DNA from: an uncultured Eubacteriales bacterium
GTDB taxonomy: Bacteria > Bacillota > Clostridia > Oscillospirales > CAG-272
Assembly (NCBI GenBank): GCA_934481325.1
Contig: CAKSPL010000001.1
Location: forward strand, 1-42,203
Length of the DNA: 42,203 nt
Reading direction: 5' to 3'
Under the pieces are notes generated by a model. It did no database searches. It saw only the letters and a program-made list of their open reading frames with translations, and was not told where the DNA came from. The translations under genes were made by a program, and so were the position numbers. The first letter of the stretch is position 1. Every line of letters starts with the position of its first letter. Positions 9,024 to 18,015 of this stretch are shown here, one piece after another.

Positions 9024-9246
9024 TCCGATCTCTCAACCCGTAAAACGGGGCCTTTCTTTGTAAATTGATACCCGGGAAACCAACCGCCGGGAACGGTCGG
9101 TCAAAAACCGTTCGGCAACCGCGCGACGGTGCGCCGGAGCAATGCCGCCGGGCAATACCACCGGGCGGTTCCGGCTGAGTAATGCCGCCGAGACAATATC
9201 GGCGGAGCAAACCCGCCAAAGCAACTCCGCCGGGGGAATTTGCCAA

Positions 9247-10338
9247 TCAGGGCTTGGGGTTTTCGTCGGCAAACGCTTTCATAAACGCCACCAGCTTTTC
9301 CACGCCATCACGCGGCATTGCGTTGTAGATAGAGGCGCGCATCCCGCCGACCGAACGATGCCCCTTCAGGTTTTTCAGCCCTGCTGCGCTTGCCTGCGCG
9401 GCAAACCTTTTATCCAACGCCGCATCTCCCGTCAGAAAAGTTACGTTCATCATCGAGCGGCTGTTTTTCTCCACGGGAGCGAGATAGTAATCCTGCGAGT
9501 CAAGGAAGTCATAAAGCATCCTTGCCTTTTCCTCGTTGCGGCGTTTCATCTCCTCCAGTCCGCCGACGGAAATCAGCCATTCATACACCAGCTTTGCCAT
9601 ATAAATCGCATAGCACGGCGGGGTATTGTACATCGAGCCGTTTTCCGCCATCCGTTTCCATTCCAGCATTGTCGGCATCTCCGATTTCGCGTATGCCAGC
9701 AAATCCTCCCGCACGATAACCACGGTCAACCCGGCGGGTGCCATATTCTTCTGCGCCCCCGCATAAATCACGCCGAAACGGCTGACGTCCACCGGCTCCG
9801 AGAGAATACAGGAGGACATATCCGCCACCAGCGGAATCTCACCCGTGTCGGGGACGGCAGGGAATTTCGTGCCGTAGATGGTATTGTTGTAGCAGATGTG
9901 TACATACGCCGCCCCGGGGCGAAACATTTCCCTTTGCAGTGCCGGCACACGGCTGAAATTTTCCTTCTCGGAGGAAGCGGCAGCCACCGCATCAACGCCC
10001 AATTTCAACGCCTCTTGATAGGCTTTGGTAGAAAACTGACCGGAAAGCACGTAATCCGCTTTTCCGGTTCTGCCGATCAGATTGAGCGGCACCGCCGCAA
10101 ACTGTGTGGAAGCGCCGCCCTGCAAAAACAGCACCTTGTAGTTTGCGGGAATTTGCATCAGCTCCCGCAACAGCACCTCCGCCTCCCGGATAATCGGTTC
10201 AAAGTCGGGGGAGCGGTGTGACATTTCCATTACCGACATCCCGCTGTCCCCATAGCAGACCAATTCCGCCGCCGCCCTTTCCAGCACCGGCAACGGCAGC
10301 ATAGAAGGACCTGCCGAAAAATTGTACACCCTCTCCAC
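9247..10338 (-). CDS. serC: Phosphoserine aminotransferase
   Basis: YNFSAGPSMLP, VMEMSHRS, FLQGGASTQF and YAGAQKNMAPAGLTVV (PLP lysine). I place the start at GTG 10338-10336, 5 nt after GGAGGTG, giving 363 aa. The track start at 10377 lies in the leader. Confidence 0.9.
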   Translation of the reverse strand: MERVYNFSAGPSMLPLPVLERAAAELVCYGDSGMSVMEMSHRSPDFEPIIREAEVLLRELMQIPANYKVLFLQGGASTQFAAVPLNLIGRTGKADYVLSGQFSTKAYQEALKLGVDAVAAASSEKENFSRVPALQREMFRPGAAYVHICYNNTIYGTKFPAVPDTGEIPLVADMSSCILSEPVDVSRFGVIYAGAQKNMAPAGLTVVIVREDLLAYAKSEMPTMLEWKRMAENGSMYNTPPCYAIYMAKLVYEWLISVGGLEEMKRRNEEKARMLYDFLDSQDYYLAPVEKNSRSMMNVTFLTGDAALDKRFAAQASAAGLKNLKGHRSVGGMRASIYNAMPRDGVEKLVAFMKAFADENPKP

Positions 10339-10394
10339 AATCACACCTCCAAGGCTCCGGGCAGGCAACCTGCCCAAATTTATAAATTGAAATT

Positions 10395-10423
10395 ATTATA
10401 TCCGAAAGTTCCGTTTTTGTCAA
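10395..10423 (-). promoter_or_regulatory. Perfect-consensus SigA promoter for serC-serA
   Basis: Minus strand reads TTGACA (10423-10418), exactly 17 nt, TATAAT (10400-10395). The leader then contains hairpin GGGCAGG-TT-GCCTGCCC (about 10358-10374). Confidence 0.7.
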
Positions 10424-10483
10424 GTGTTTTTTGTCATTTCGCCGATTTTGACATTATTTTTGCAATTGCAAGCATTAAAATAT

Positions 10484-10525
10484 TCAAGAAAACGGGAAGG
10501 AACGCCCTTCGGCGCACTTCCCGTT
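10484..10525 (-). terminator. Intrinsic terminator ending the phage-derived operon
   Basis: Stem AACGGGAAG ... CTTCCCGTT (10491-10499 / 10517-10525) with an inner GCC-CTTC-GGC hairpin. On the minus strand it is followed by TTTTCTTGA. It begins 6 nt after the stop at 10531. Confidence 0.75.
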
Positions 10526-10530
10526 CCCGC

Positions 10531-10869
10531 TTACTTCGCGTTCACTTTTTTGGAAAAGGCAATGTCCTCCTCCACCTGTTTGCGGCATTCCTCGGCATCA
10601 AAGGGCAACCCCTGTTCGGCGGCGAAAACACTCAGCTTTTCCAGAACATACGAGAGCTTTTCCGCGGCACCGAAGCCCGGGATTTCTTCCGCCTCCATTT
10701 CAAACTGCCGCGCCGCCTCCAATATGCGGAGCCAGGCACGCACATCGCGCCCCTTTCCGGAGCGGATGTACTCACAAAGATTGTATGCAAGCCCCACAAG
10801 ATTGATGAGAATTCCGAGCAGGAGCGTAATTGCCTGCGGGTTTTCGGTGAACCATTTCAAAATCTGCAT
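10531..10869 (-). CDS. Putative phage holin (LL-H-family-like)
   Basis: 112 aa. One N-terminal TM (AITLLLGILINLVGLAY), then a charged helical tail (GAAEKLSYVLEKLSVFAAEQGLPFDAEECRKQVEE). This resembles LL-H-type holins from memory. It is the last gene of the operon and has a GAGGAAGAG RBS. Confidence 0.5.
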   Translation of the reverse strand: MQILKWFTENPQAITLLLGILINLVGLAYNLCEYIRSGKGRDVRAWLRILEAARQFEMEAEEIPGFGAAEKLSYVLEKLSVFAAEQGLPFDAEECRKQVEEDIAFSKKVNAK

Positions 10870-10930
10870 TTCTCTTCCTCACTTTCGGGAGAAAGGAGAA
10901 GCACCGGAGGGAAAAAGCAGAAAAAACGCG

Positions 10931-11272
10931 TTACAGCCTGCCGCCCTTTGTACGGAGAAACCATTTGGCAAAATCCCCGTATGCCTCGTTGAAAGCCGCG
11001 GCGGACATCTGATATGCCGTGGCATCCTTGGCGGCATAATCAATCATTTTCATCAGATATATCCAGTACACGCGGTCATAGGGTGCCGGGGCAAACAGGC
11101 GGAGTATTTGCGGCGTGTTCTCCCCGAATACCGGAATTTTTTCGGGTTCTCTGCCCGCAATCTCGGTCAGGATTCTGCCCTCCAGCTCCGAGAGCCAGCG
11201 CAGTTTGATGGACTGTGCCAGCTCATTCGGGCGCAGAGCATCCGCGGTCTGCAATACCTCTGCTATCGTCAT
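10931..11272 (-). CDS. Phage head-associated hypothetical protein (possible head-completion/connector protein)
   Basis: 113 aa. The ATG overlaps the upstream stop (ATGA at 11269-11272). Its position after the capsid gene suggests a connector role. No motif I can name. Confidence 0.45.
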   Translation of the reverse strand: MTIAEVLQTADALRPNELAQSIKLRWLSELEGRILTEIAGREPEKIPVFGENTPQILRLFAPAPYDRVYWIYLMKMIDYAAKDATAYQMSAAAFNEAYGDFAKWFLRTKGGRL

Positions 11273-11694
11273 ACCGCATCCCCCGCGGCGCGCCTTCTTG
11301 TCTCATCGGCAAAGCGAACCGCCTCACGCTCCATCAGCTCCGCCGTGCGCAGGTCCTGAATCTCCGACTGGTCGAGCAAAAGCGCGAATTTGCGGCGGAT
11401 GCGTGTCCAGACTCCGCGGCGGATCACGCAGTTTTTGCCGTTGATGGCAACGTACACATCATCCTTGTATTTTTCATTGTCCTTGAAAAGGCGCACCTCC
11501 ACATATTCGTTGAGATATGCCTCCTGGCGTTTGAGGAAGTCGCGGAATTGCCCCTTGTCCTCAAACAGCCGGCTTTTCTTTTCCGTCCCTTCCAATTCGG
11601 CAATCCGCGCCTCATACGCCGCCTGCATCTCCTCCATTTGCCGTTGCAGCTCGGCAAGGGTCGGCGGCTGTTGCCGCCCATTCTGTTTTTCCAT
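11269..11694 (-). CDS. Phage hypothetical protein with N-terminal coiled coil
   Basis: Start taken at ATG 11694 (MEKQNGRQQ...), which has AAAGGAGAAGT upstream, giving 141 aa. Coiled-coil-like LAELQRQMEEMQAAYEARIAELE, then VEVRLFKDNEKYKDDVYVAINGKNCVIRRG. Directly downstream of the capsid gene. Confidence 0.5.
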   Translation of the reverse strand: MEKQNGRQQPPTLAELQRQMEEMQAAYEARIAELEGTEKKSRLFEDKGQFRDFLKRQEAYLNEYVEVRLFKDNEKYKDDVYVAINGKNCVIRRGVWTRIRRKFALLLDQSEIQDLRTAELMEREAVRFADETRRRAAGDAV

Positions 11695-11770
11695 ACTTCT
11701 CCTTTCCGTGGCACCGCAGTCAGGGAGTTTACAAAACATCCCTGACCAGGTGCCGGGTTGTTATTCTACC

Positions 11771-13162
11771 TTAGTTTTCGCCCGCTTCAAAGGTGGACGC
11801 GGTCTCAATGCGCACCATAAATGCCTCTACCAGGCGCGCCGCCGCTTTGGTTGCCTTCCAGCCCACCGTGGCGCGCTGATTCAGCGGGTCGGCGGTGCCG
11901 GCGGAGCCAAGCTGTTTGACGATGTGCTGGAGTCCGCCGCCCTGCAGCTCGGTGGTACCGTAGGCGTTGTCGCCCATCACAAGCGTCACATACACGTCAC
12001 GCCCTGCAAGTCCCGCTTCACCGGGATACAGCATATCTCCCGCGGCGGTGGTCACTGCGGTACTGCCGATGCCGCCCGCAAGCAATTCGCGGTCAAAGTA
12101 CAGGTAGTTGTTGCCGGAAGCACTGTACACGGCACCGGTAACCACGGCATACTGCCAGGAGGACTCCGAAGCGTCAAAGAACAGCACGGAGCGACCCACC
12201 ATAGAGGGTGCCGCCTTTACGCCGTCTGCGGCGGTGCCGATTTTCAGGCGGTATTTGGAGCCTGTTCCGTAGCCTTCGGTTGCCGTACCCGCGGTACTCA
12301 GCGTCTCATAAGCACCCGCAAGGCAGGAAATCGTGCGGGAAACGGCGGTAAGATCGGGGGCATGAATCACCTTTGCCTCGGTGGATTCCACAAACCGAAC
12401 CCCTTCGATCATCCCGATCTCGCCCTCATACAGTGCCTTGGTATCGCTGTACTGATGCGGATATTTCCAGTTGGGATCGTTGGTCAGGTCATAGGCGCAA
12501 TCGGGGTGAATGATGCAGGCATAGGAGCCGTTGATCTTCTCCGCGTTCTGGTTTTTGAGGAAGCGGACGGCACGCTTGATACAGTCCACGCTCATATAGT
12601 GATTGCCGCTCGCCTCGCCGCCCACCAGCAGATACCGCGCGGGAACCGCATCGGCACCGTACTGCACGTTCGTACCGCCGCAAAGCACCTCACGGGTGAT
12701 GGTGTCCAGCGTTCTGCCCGCCTGAGAGCCGAGCAGCTTGGTTGCCATTACAAGGTTGTTGTCAATGGCGGAAAGCAACAGCAGGTCGGAAAGCTCCACA
12801 TACCCGCCGTACTGATGCACCGTTGCCTCCACGGAGCCCATATTCAGGGTCTGACCCGTAGGGGTCACACCCTCGGAAAGGGCAGAGGTGAGCTTGGGCA
12901 GCGGATCGTACTTGCGGAAACGGATGGTTTTGCCGCCGTGTTTCGGAATCGGATGCTTTTGCGCAAACTGATCGTGAATCAGATTCGGCTCCGCGTTGTC
13001 AATGAGGTAATCCGAGTAGTAAACGCGCATCTCCTCGGAGAGTCCCTCTCCCTCGGAAAAGGGCGCGTTGGTGCCGGTTGTGGCATCGGTCACACCGACC
13101 GTGGTGTTGACCGCTTCGCCCGCGCCGAACAGGCGCAGGTCAAGCATTTTTCCGTTTTTCAT
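11771..13162 (-). CDS. Major capsid protein, N4-gp56-like family (HK97 fold)
   Basis: Start at ATG 13162 (MKNGKMLDLRLFGAGE...), which has AGGAGA upstream, giving 463 aa. Blocks MRVYYSDYLIDNAEPNLIHDQFAQKHPIPKHGGKTIRFRKYDPLPK and LSEGVTPTG...HQYGGYVELSDL match my memory of this capsid family. Confidence 0.8.
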   Translation of the reverse strand: MKNGKMLDLRLFGAGEAVNTTVGVTDATTGTNAPFSEGEGLSEEMRVYYSDYLIDNAEPNLIHDQFAQKHPIPKHGGKTIRFRKYDPLPKLTSALSEGVTPTGQTLNMGSVEATVHQYGGYVELSDLLLLSAIDNNLVMATKLLGSQAGRTLDTITREVLCGGTNVQYGADAVPARYLLVGGEASGNHYMSVDCIKRAVRFLKNQNAEKINGSYACIIHPDCAYDLTNDPNWKYPHQYSDTKALYEGEIGMIEGVRFVESTEAKVIHAPDLTAVSRTISCLAGAYETLSTAGTATEGYGTGSKYRLKIGTAADGVKAAPSMVGRSVLFFDASESSWQYAVVTGAVYSASGNNYLYFDRELLAGGIGSTAVTTAAGDMLYPGEAGLAGRDVYVTLVMGDNAYGTTELQGGGLQHIVKQLGSAGTADPLNQRATVGWKATKAAARLVEAFMVRIETASTFEAGEN

Positions 13163-13184
13163 AAATCTCCTTTTTCTCTTCGGG

Positions 13185-13901
13185 TCAGAGTTCGATTCGC
13201 TCCCCCTGTGCCGCCCGCAATGCCACCGCGGCACGCTCGGCACGGGTCAGGCGCGAAACACCGGTACGGGAACCGGAATCCAGCGGGGAAAGCGCATTTT
13301 CCGCAGGGCGTATGCCTCTTGCGAGAATCGTTTCCGTCAGTGCCCGTTCCGTTTCGGCGCGGGCATCTGCCACGGCTCTTTCCACTGTCTCGCGGATGCG
13401 CCTGTCAAGCTCCGCCGCGGATTCCGTTTTTTCCGTTGCCGCCGGCACCGCCGCGTTCGCGGGTGCTGCCACCGGCTCTGTAACCGTTGTTTCTTCGGTC
13501 GGCTCCTTTGCCGTCGCCTCTGTCGACGCCGTCACTGCACTGTCCGCCCGGATGGCGTCCGGCAGTTTGCCGACCTCGCTCACCCCGTATCGTGCCGCCG
13601 CGGCATCCACCACGGCACGGGCAAGGTTCAGCTCCTCCAAAAGACCCTTCTGTTCTTTGAAACGCTTGGCAAATACCTCGTTGAAGTAGGCGGTAAACTC
13701 CTGTTTGTATTCCCCCTCCATCAGCGCACGGAATTTCTGTCGCGCTTCGCTTCGGTTCTTCCCGGCGTCGGAAGCTGCCTCTTCGCCCGCAGGTGCCGTG
13801 GCACCCTCATTTGCCGGCGGGATGATTTCCGGCGGTGTTTCCCCATCCCCTGTGGAACTGCCGAATAACCGCAGTCCCGGCAGATCTGCTGACTGTTTCA
13901 T
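13185..13901 (-). CDS. Phage scaffolding protein
   Basis: Start at ATG 13901 (MKQSADLPGLRLFGSS...), giving 238 aa. Ala/Glu-rich, predicted helical, with FRALMEGEYKQEFTAYFNEVFAKRFKEQ. Located between the protease and capsid genes. Confidence 0.7.
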   Translation of the reverse strand: MKQSADLPGLRLFGSSTGDGETPPEIIPPANEGATAPAGEEAASDAGKNRSEARQKFRALMEGEYKQEFTAYFNEVFAKRFKEQKGLLEELNLARAVVDAAAARYGVSEVGKLPDAIRADSAVTASTEATAKEPTEETTVTEPVAAPANAAVPAATEKTESAAELDRRIRETVERAVADARAETERALTETILARGIRPAENALSPLDSGSRTGVSRLTRAERAAVALRAAQGERIEL

Positions 13902-14275
13902 ATGCTCACCCTTTCGTGGCATCGGGCGGTTTTTTCACCGTCCTGCCGAATTATACCATACTGTTTCTTTTTTGTCGTCAACGATGCAAAAACCGTTACG
14001 TCCCGGGGGTAAATCTCCGCAATGTGGCAAAGCCCCCGCACCGTGGCGTCAAACGCGCCGCCAAGCCCCCCGCGGCAGGAGAGGAACAACCGCCCCGGCT
14101 CCGCCGAGTACCGCAAATGCCTGCAAGCGGGATTTTCCGCGGCAAACAGTAACAGTCCCTCACTCAGTGCGGAAACACCCGCGCACACCAGCTCCTTATC
14201 CGGCGAGACTTCGGCGTGCCCGGTAACATACAGCCGATAACGCCCGTCCTGCCGGTCGGCATACACTCGGATCAT
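13898..14275 (-). CDS. Prp-like (DUF464, ribosomal-processing) cysteine protease, phage-encoded
   Basis: 125 aa. MIRVY...YVTGHAEVSPDKELVCAGVSALSEG reproduces the Prp catalytic His (GHA) and Cys (VCAxxS) spacing. ATGA overlaps at both ends (14272-14275 and 13898-13901). Confidence 0.8.
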   Translation of the reverse strand: MIRVYADRQDGRYRLYVTGHAEVSPDKELVCAGVSALSEGLLLFAAENPACRHLRYSAEPGRLFLSCRGGLGGAFDATVRGLCHIAEIYPRDVTVFASLTTKKKQYGIIRQDGEKTARCHERVSI

Positions 14276-15966
14276 TGGTCGTCCTTTGCCTGCTCGGCAA
14301 GCCGCTTTGCCCCGGAAAACGCGGTGCGTATGGGGTCATATTCCTTTTTTTCGGATTTTCCGGAGGTCTCCCCTCCCAAGAAATCCGAAGGAATTTCCTC
14401 CCCGTTTTTCAGGCGGGCAACCAGCTTTTTCACCCCCGGAAAGTCCATACAATCCAGGAGAATCAGTGCCGCCTCCCGGTTGGCGGGGTCAAATACCCCC
14501 ATCCGGTACAACTCCTTGAGGTTGTCATTGGAGCTGACACGGGTAAAGGAATCCTGTTTTTCCGCCCGTACGTCAATGTCAAAAACAGGCACGCGGGAAA
14601 GCGGAAGCCCGGCGGAGGACACCCCCAGCGACCGCTCGCGGATTCTCACCCCCGAAAAGCTCACATAACGATAGCCCTCCTCGCCCATCACGCGGAAATA
14701 ACGCTCGCCGTCATAAAACTGCCGCACACATTCGATCACCAGTTGTACCAGCCGGACAAACGCCCGATAGGAGGTGGACACCACGTCCCGCACACACTTG
14801 CTTGCCGCCTCCTGCAATGCGGCGATTGCCGCCGCTGCGGTCACGCCGCTCTCGGAGCCGCCCTGCAACAGATTGCGGTTGAAGGTGGTTTCTTTCAACT
14901 CGTCTACCTTGGCTTTTTTCAGTTCCAGCCACATCGAATCCAGTGGCTCCACCGTAATCTGGCGCAAACGCTCCTCTCCGAGGTCGCCCTCCACCTCCAC
15001 GACACGGCGGGTGACATCGGTAAAGTCGTTTTCGTTTACCCCCGTGTTCTTTTTGCAGAAATACCGCACGCGGGTCGCCCAATCCATATATTCCATCAGA
15101 TTGCGATCCATCCGGTCAATGTAGGTTTGCGGGTCCTTCGCCATAGAAATCAGACCGAATCCGGTGCAGCTTTCCTCCATCGGATACATCACGTCCATCA
15201 CAAAGGGGTACTCCCCGTGTTCATACCAGCCCCGCGCAAAGCGGGGGTCGTTTTCGGTGGCAAACAGAACCGCATCCCCCGAAAATTTGCAGTAGTGAAG
15301 CACGGTTCTGCCGCCCGGCAGACGCTTTTTGTAGTACCAGTCCACCACCAGTACCCGCCCGTCGCTTCCTTCTATCTCCCCGAGACGCTCTCTGTCACAG
15401 TGCGGGAATTTCGCCAGCACGGCACTTTTTTCCGCCTCCTCGGTGTAAAACACCGCACGGGAGCTTTGCAGATTCCGCACGCCGGGTTCTATATAAAGCT
15501 GCATCGGGTCTACCCGCCGCACGTCAATATCCCCCAATCCGTTCTGCAATTCGCCGTTCCAGAACACCCCGTAAATGCAAAAGCCGTGCTTGAGCTTGGT
15601 CCACATATTGCGGGAATAGCACTCGGCAAATCCACTGCGCTCCAGTATCACCGGGATAATCTCGGACAATGCCTTTGCGTCCGCCTCATCCCCCGGCTCC
15701 CGCGCCAGACACACCGCCGTCGGAATATAATCCATCAGGTCGGCGTGCTTTTGCAGAACCGCGTTGAGCAACCACGCGGAAGAGGGGGAAAAGCACTCTT
15801 CCTCGCTGTTTCGGTGCGCCTTCGGGGTCATCCGCCCGCGAAACCATTTTTTCTCCTCACACAGTCGCCTTTCCACTTCGGCTCTGCCGTGGCGATAGGC
15901 GGTAAGCAGTTCCGTCGCGTGCCGCACCTCCGGCACGCCCACCGTGCTGTTGATTCTTTTCTTCAT
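14272..15966 (-). CDS. Phage portal protein
   Basis: Start at ATG 15966 (MKKRINST...) after AAAGGAGAAAAA, giving 564 aa. Its size and its position between the terminase and protease genes support the call. Family assignment needs an HMM search. Confidence 0.75.
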   Translation of the reverse strand: MKKRINSTVGVPEVRHATELLTAYRHGRAEVERRLCEEKKWFRGRMTPKAHRNSEEECFSPSSAWLLNAVLQKHADLMDYIPTAVCLAREPGDEADAKALSEIIPVILERSGFAECYSRNMWTKLKHGFCIYGVFWNGELQNGLGDIDVRRVDPMQLYIEPGVRNLQSSRAVFYTEEAEKSAVLAKFPHCDRERLGEIEGSDGRVLVVDWYYKKRLPGGRTVLHYCKFSGDAVLFATENDPRFARGWYEHGEYPFVMDVMYPMEESCTGFGLISMAKDPQTYIDRMDRNLMEYMDWATRVRYFCKKNTGVNENDFTDVTRRVVEVEGDLGEERLRQITVEPLDSMWLELKKAKVDELKETTFNRNLLQGGSESGVTAAAAIAALQEAASKCVRDVVSTSYRAFVRLVQLVIECVRQFYDGERYFRVMGEEGYRYVSFSGVRIRERSLGVSSAGLPLSRVPVFDIDVRAEKQDSFTRVSSNDNLKELYRMGVFDPANREAALILLDCMDFPGVKKLVARLKNGEEIPSDFLGGETSGKSEKKEYDPIRTAFSGAKRLAEQAKDDQ

Positions 15967-15977
15967 TTTTTCTCCTT

Positions 15978-17459
15978 TCACTCCCGGCTCTGCCGCTTTT
16001 CCATCGCGCTCCGATAGGTGCGGATGGGGCGATCCAACGGGTCATATGTGATCACTTCTTTTACCGCCGTTACCTCCGCGCGGGGCAACGGCACCATCAT
16101 ACAGAGGTAGCGTGTTTCGTCCGCAATATGATCCTCCATATCCGAATCCACATCTTCGGGCGATGTTTTGCTGTATTGCAGGGCGGGAACGGTGCGCAAA
16201 AAGTCGGTACAGGTGCGGAAAACATAAAGCATCGGCACCCCGGCGCGGTCAAAAATCAGCCGCTCGTGCAATTGCATCCATCCGGCAATGCGGCGGTTGT
16301 CGCCCGGTTCAAAATAAATGCCGTACCGTTCCCCCGTTTCCGCAACCGATTCTCCGCGTGACGCATCGAAAATCGCCGGGTCTGCCACCCCCACAATCCG
16401 CCTGCCCGAAAGAAACGGATGCTCCTTTTCCACCTGCGCGATTTTGGAAAAAATCTCCTGCGGGCTCCACCGCACCCCCACGTTTGCCTCACGCGGGGCG
16501 CAACCGTACAACTCCAGAATACGGTAAAGCCGCCCGTCTCCGTCCTTTGCCCACCACCCTACCGAAAACGGTTTGGCATAGCCAAAGTCAAAGGATCGGT
16601 AAAGCTGCCAACTGTCCGGCGGGCGGAACGGGTCAATAATATGGGTAAACCGACGGTCGGCATAGTGCGCGGGGTCATCGCGCAATTCCTCAAACACCTG
16701 CCCTTCAAACACGTTCCAATCCCCGTACAGGTGCGCTTTTTTCTTATGCTCCGGCAACGCCTCCAAGCGTTTGATATAAGCCGGGTCCGCCTGCATCAGC
16801 ACCTCGTTGTCGTATACGTTTGCGGGGATAAAGCAGTAGTCCTCCGGGTTCTCGCCCGTGCGGAACCGGCGGTCGATAAACAGCCGCTTAATGTAGGCGT
16901 GTCCCACTCCGCCCGGATTGCAGGTATAATACACGCGGGGGCGAAAATCGGTGCGTGTGGTGCGCAATGCCGTGCAGATGAATACCATCCACTCCTCCTT
17001 GAAATTGGTCGCCTCCTCAAAACCGATCACATCGTACTCCGCGCCCTGATATTGCAGAACGTCGCTGTCCGCATCGCAATAGCCGAGAACCAACCGCGAG
17101 CCGTTGGGAAAGAGAAATGCCCGGTCCTCCTTACGAAACACGGCATAACCCGCCAGGTCGTTCTGCAACGGCAGAATGTGATTTTCCCGCAATTGCGTCA
17201 GCGTGCGGCGCAATAACAGCAACCGCAGGGCAGGGTAGCGCATCGCCAGCATCACCATCTTGCGGCGAAGCGCATAAGACTTTCCGCCCCCGCGCGCCCC
17301 GCCGTAGGCGGTATAGCGCGCCGTGGAACGGAAAAACGCCTCCTGCCTCGGGTTCGGCACCTCGTGCCGCAGTTTATCGAAAATGAGTGCCTCGCGTGGC
17401 TTTTTATCGGTGGCTCCCACTCGCACCCGCCTCCCTTTCTTTGCCCGGAATGTTGCCAA
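15978..17459 (-). CDS. Terminase large subunit
   Basis: Walker A YGGARGGGKSYAL, Walker B-like YDVIGFEEA, and C-terminal nuclease-type DMEDHIADETRY. The track start is TTG 17459. A GTG 12 codons downstream follows GGGAGG and may be the true start. Confidence 0.85.
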   Translation of the reverse strand: MATFRAKKGRRVRVGATDKKPREALIFDKLRHEVPNPRQEAFFRSTARYTAYGGARGGGKSYALRRKMVMLAMRYPALRLLLLRRTLTQLRENHILPLQNDLAGYAVFRKEDRAFLFPNGSRLVLGYCDADSDVLQYQGAEYDVIGFEEATNFKEEWMVFICTALRTTRTDFRPRVYYTCNPGGVGHAYIKRLFIDRRFRTGENPEDYCFIPANVYDNEVLMQADPAYIKRLEALPEHKKKAHLYGDWNVFEGQVFEELRDDPAHYADRRFTHIIDPFRPPDSWQLYRSFDFGYAKPFSVGWWAKDGDGRLYRILELYGCAPREANVGVRWSPQEIFSKIAQVEKEHPFLSGRRIVGVADPAIFDASRGESVAETGERYGIYFEPGDNRRIAGWMQLHERLIFDRAGVPMLYVFRTCTDFLRTVPALQYSKTSPEDVDSDMEDHIADETRYLCMMVPLPRAEVTAVKEVITYDPLDRPIRTYRSAMEKRQSRE

Positions 17460-17482
17460 AACGCATCGCGTTCCGGGGGATA

Positions 17483-17725
17483 TTACTTACTCCACTCATC
17501 CAATACCCCCTCAAAGGTCACACTGCCGGGTACGCCGGAGACAGGTGCCTCGCCCGACAGCACCCGACCGAGAATCTCCTCCGCCGCTTTGAAACGGAGC
17601 TCGGGCTTTGCCTCCTCATCCTTCATCAGGCAAACCAGAAACCGCACCGCGTCCGCCCCCGATGCCCGCAACAGTGCCTGTAAGTCCGTTTCAGTCTTTT
17701 TCGCCGCCGTCGTTTTCCGAGGCAT
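17483..17725 (-). CDS. Small phage protein, candidate terminase small subunit
   Basis: Start at ATG 17725 (MPRKTTAAKK...) after AAGGAGAG, giving 80 aa. The call rests on its position immediately upstream of TerL and on the basic N-terminus. No diagnostic motif. Confidence 0.35.
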   Translation of the reverse strand: MPRKTTAAKKTETDLQALLRASGADAVRFLVCLMKDEEAKPELRFKAAEEILGRVLSGEAPVSGVPGSVTFEGVLDEWSK

Positions 17726-18014
17726 CGGTTCTCTCCTTGTTTTCCGGCAGCTTCCGCGGCACAAACCGGATCAGGTAAGCATCCCCCGCGTCCTCAATTT
17801 CGGGAGAAAACCGCTCCAGTCCCGCGCGGATTTCGCTTTTTTGAATCCGGAGCTCCGGGTTTTTTTCGCACAGTCTTTCCAGTGTCAGCTTCAGAAACGC
17901 CGCAAGCAACGCCACTTCTTCCTCGCGCCCCGCAAGCGCATCACCGAGACTGCGGATGTACCTGTCCCGCCACGCTACTGCATATTCCAGCTTTTTTTCG
18001 TTGTTTTCCGGCAT
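17691..18014 (-). CDS. Phage hypothetical protein
   Basis: Start at ATG 18014 (MPENNEKK...) after AAAGGAGA, giving 107 aa. The 3' end overlaps the next gene by 35 nt. Confidence 0.45.
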   Translation of the reverse strand: MPENNEKKLEYAVAWRDRYIRSLGDALAGREEEVALLAAFLKLTLERLCEKNPELRIQKSEIRAGLERFSPEIEDAGDAYLIRFVPRKLPENKERTDASENDGGEKD

Positions 18015-18015
18015 C

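Noticed and set aside
10378-10530. I searched by eye for att-like direct repeats or an integrase or tRNA target at the island edges (also 19331-19400 and 20810-20900).
   Set aside because: I saw no matching direct repeats, no tRNA gene and no recombinase ORF. A computational repeat search would be needed to be sure.
11390-16017. Long plus-strand ORFs (697 aa and 580 aa) antisense to the capsid, scaffold and portal genes.
   Set aside because: The minus-strand frames carry recognisable phage motifs, SD sites and ATGA coupling. The plus frames have none.
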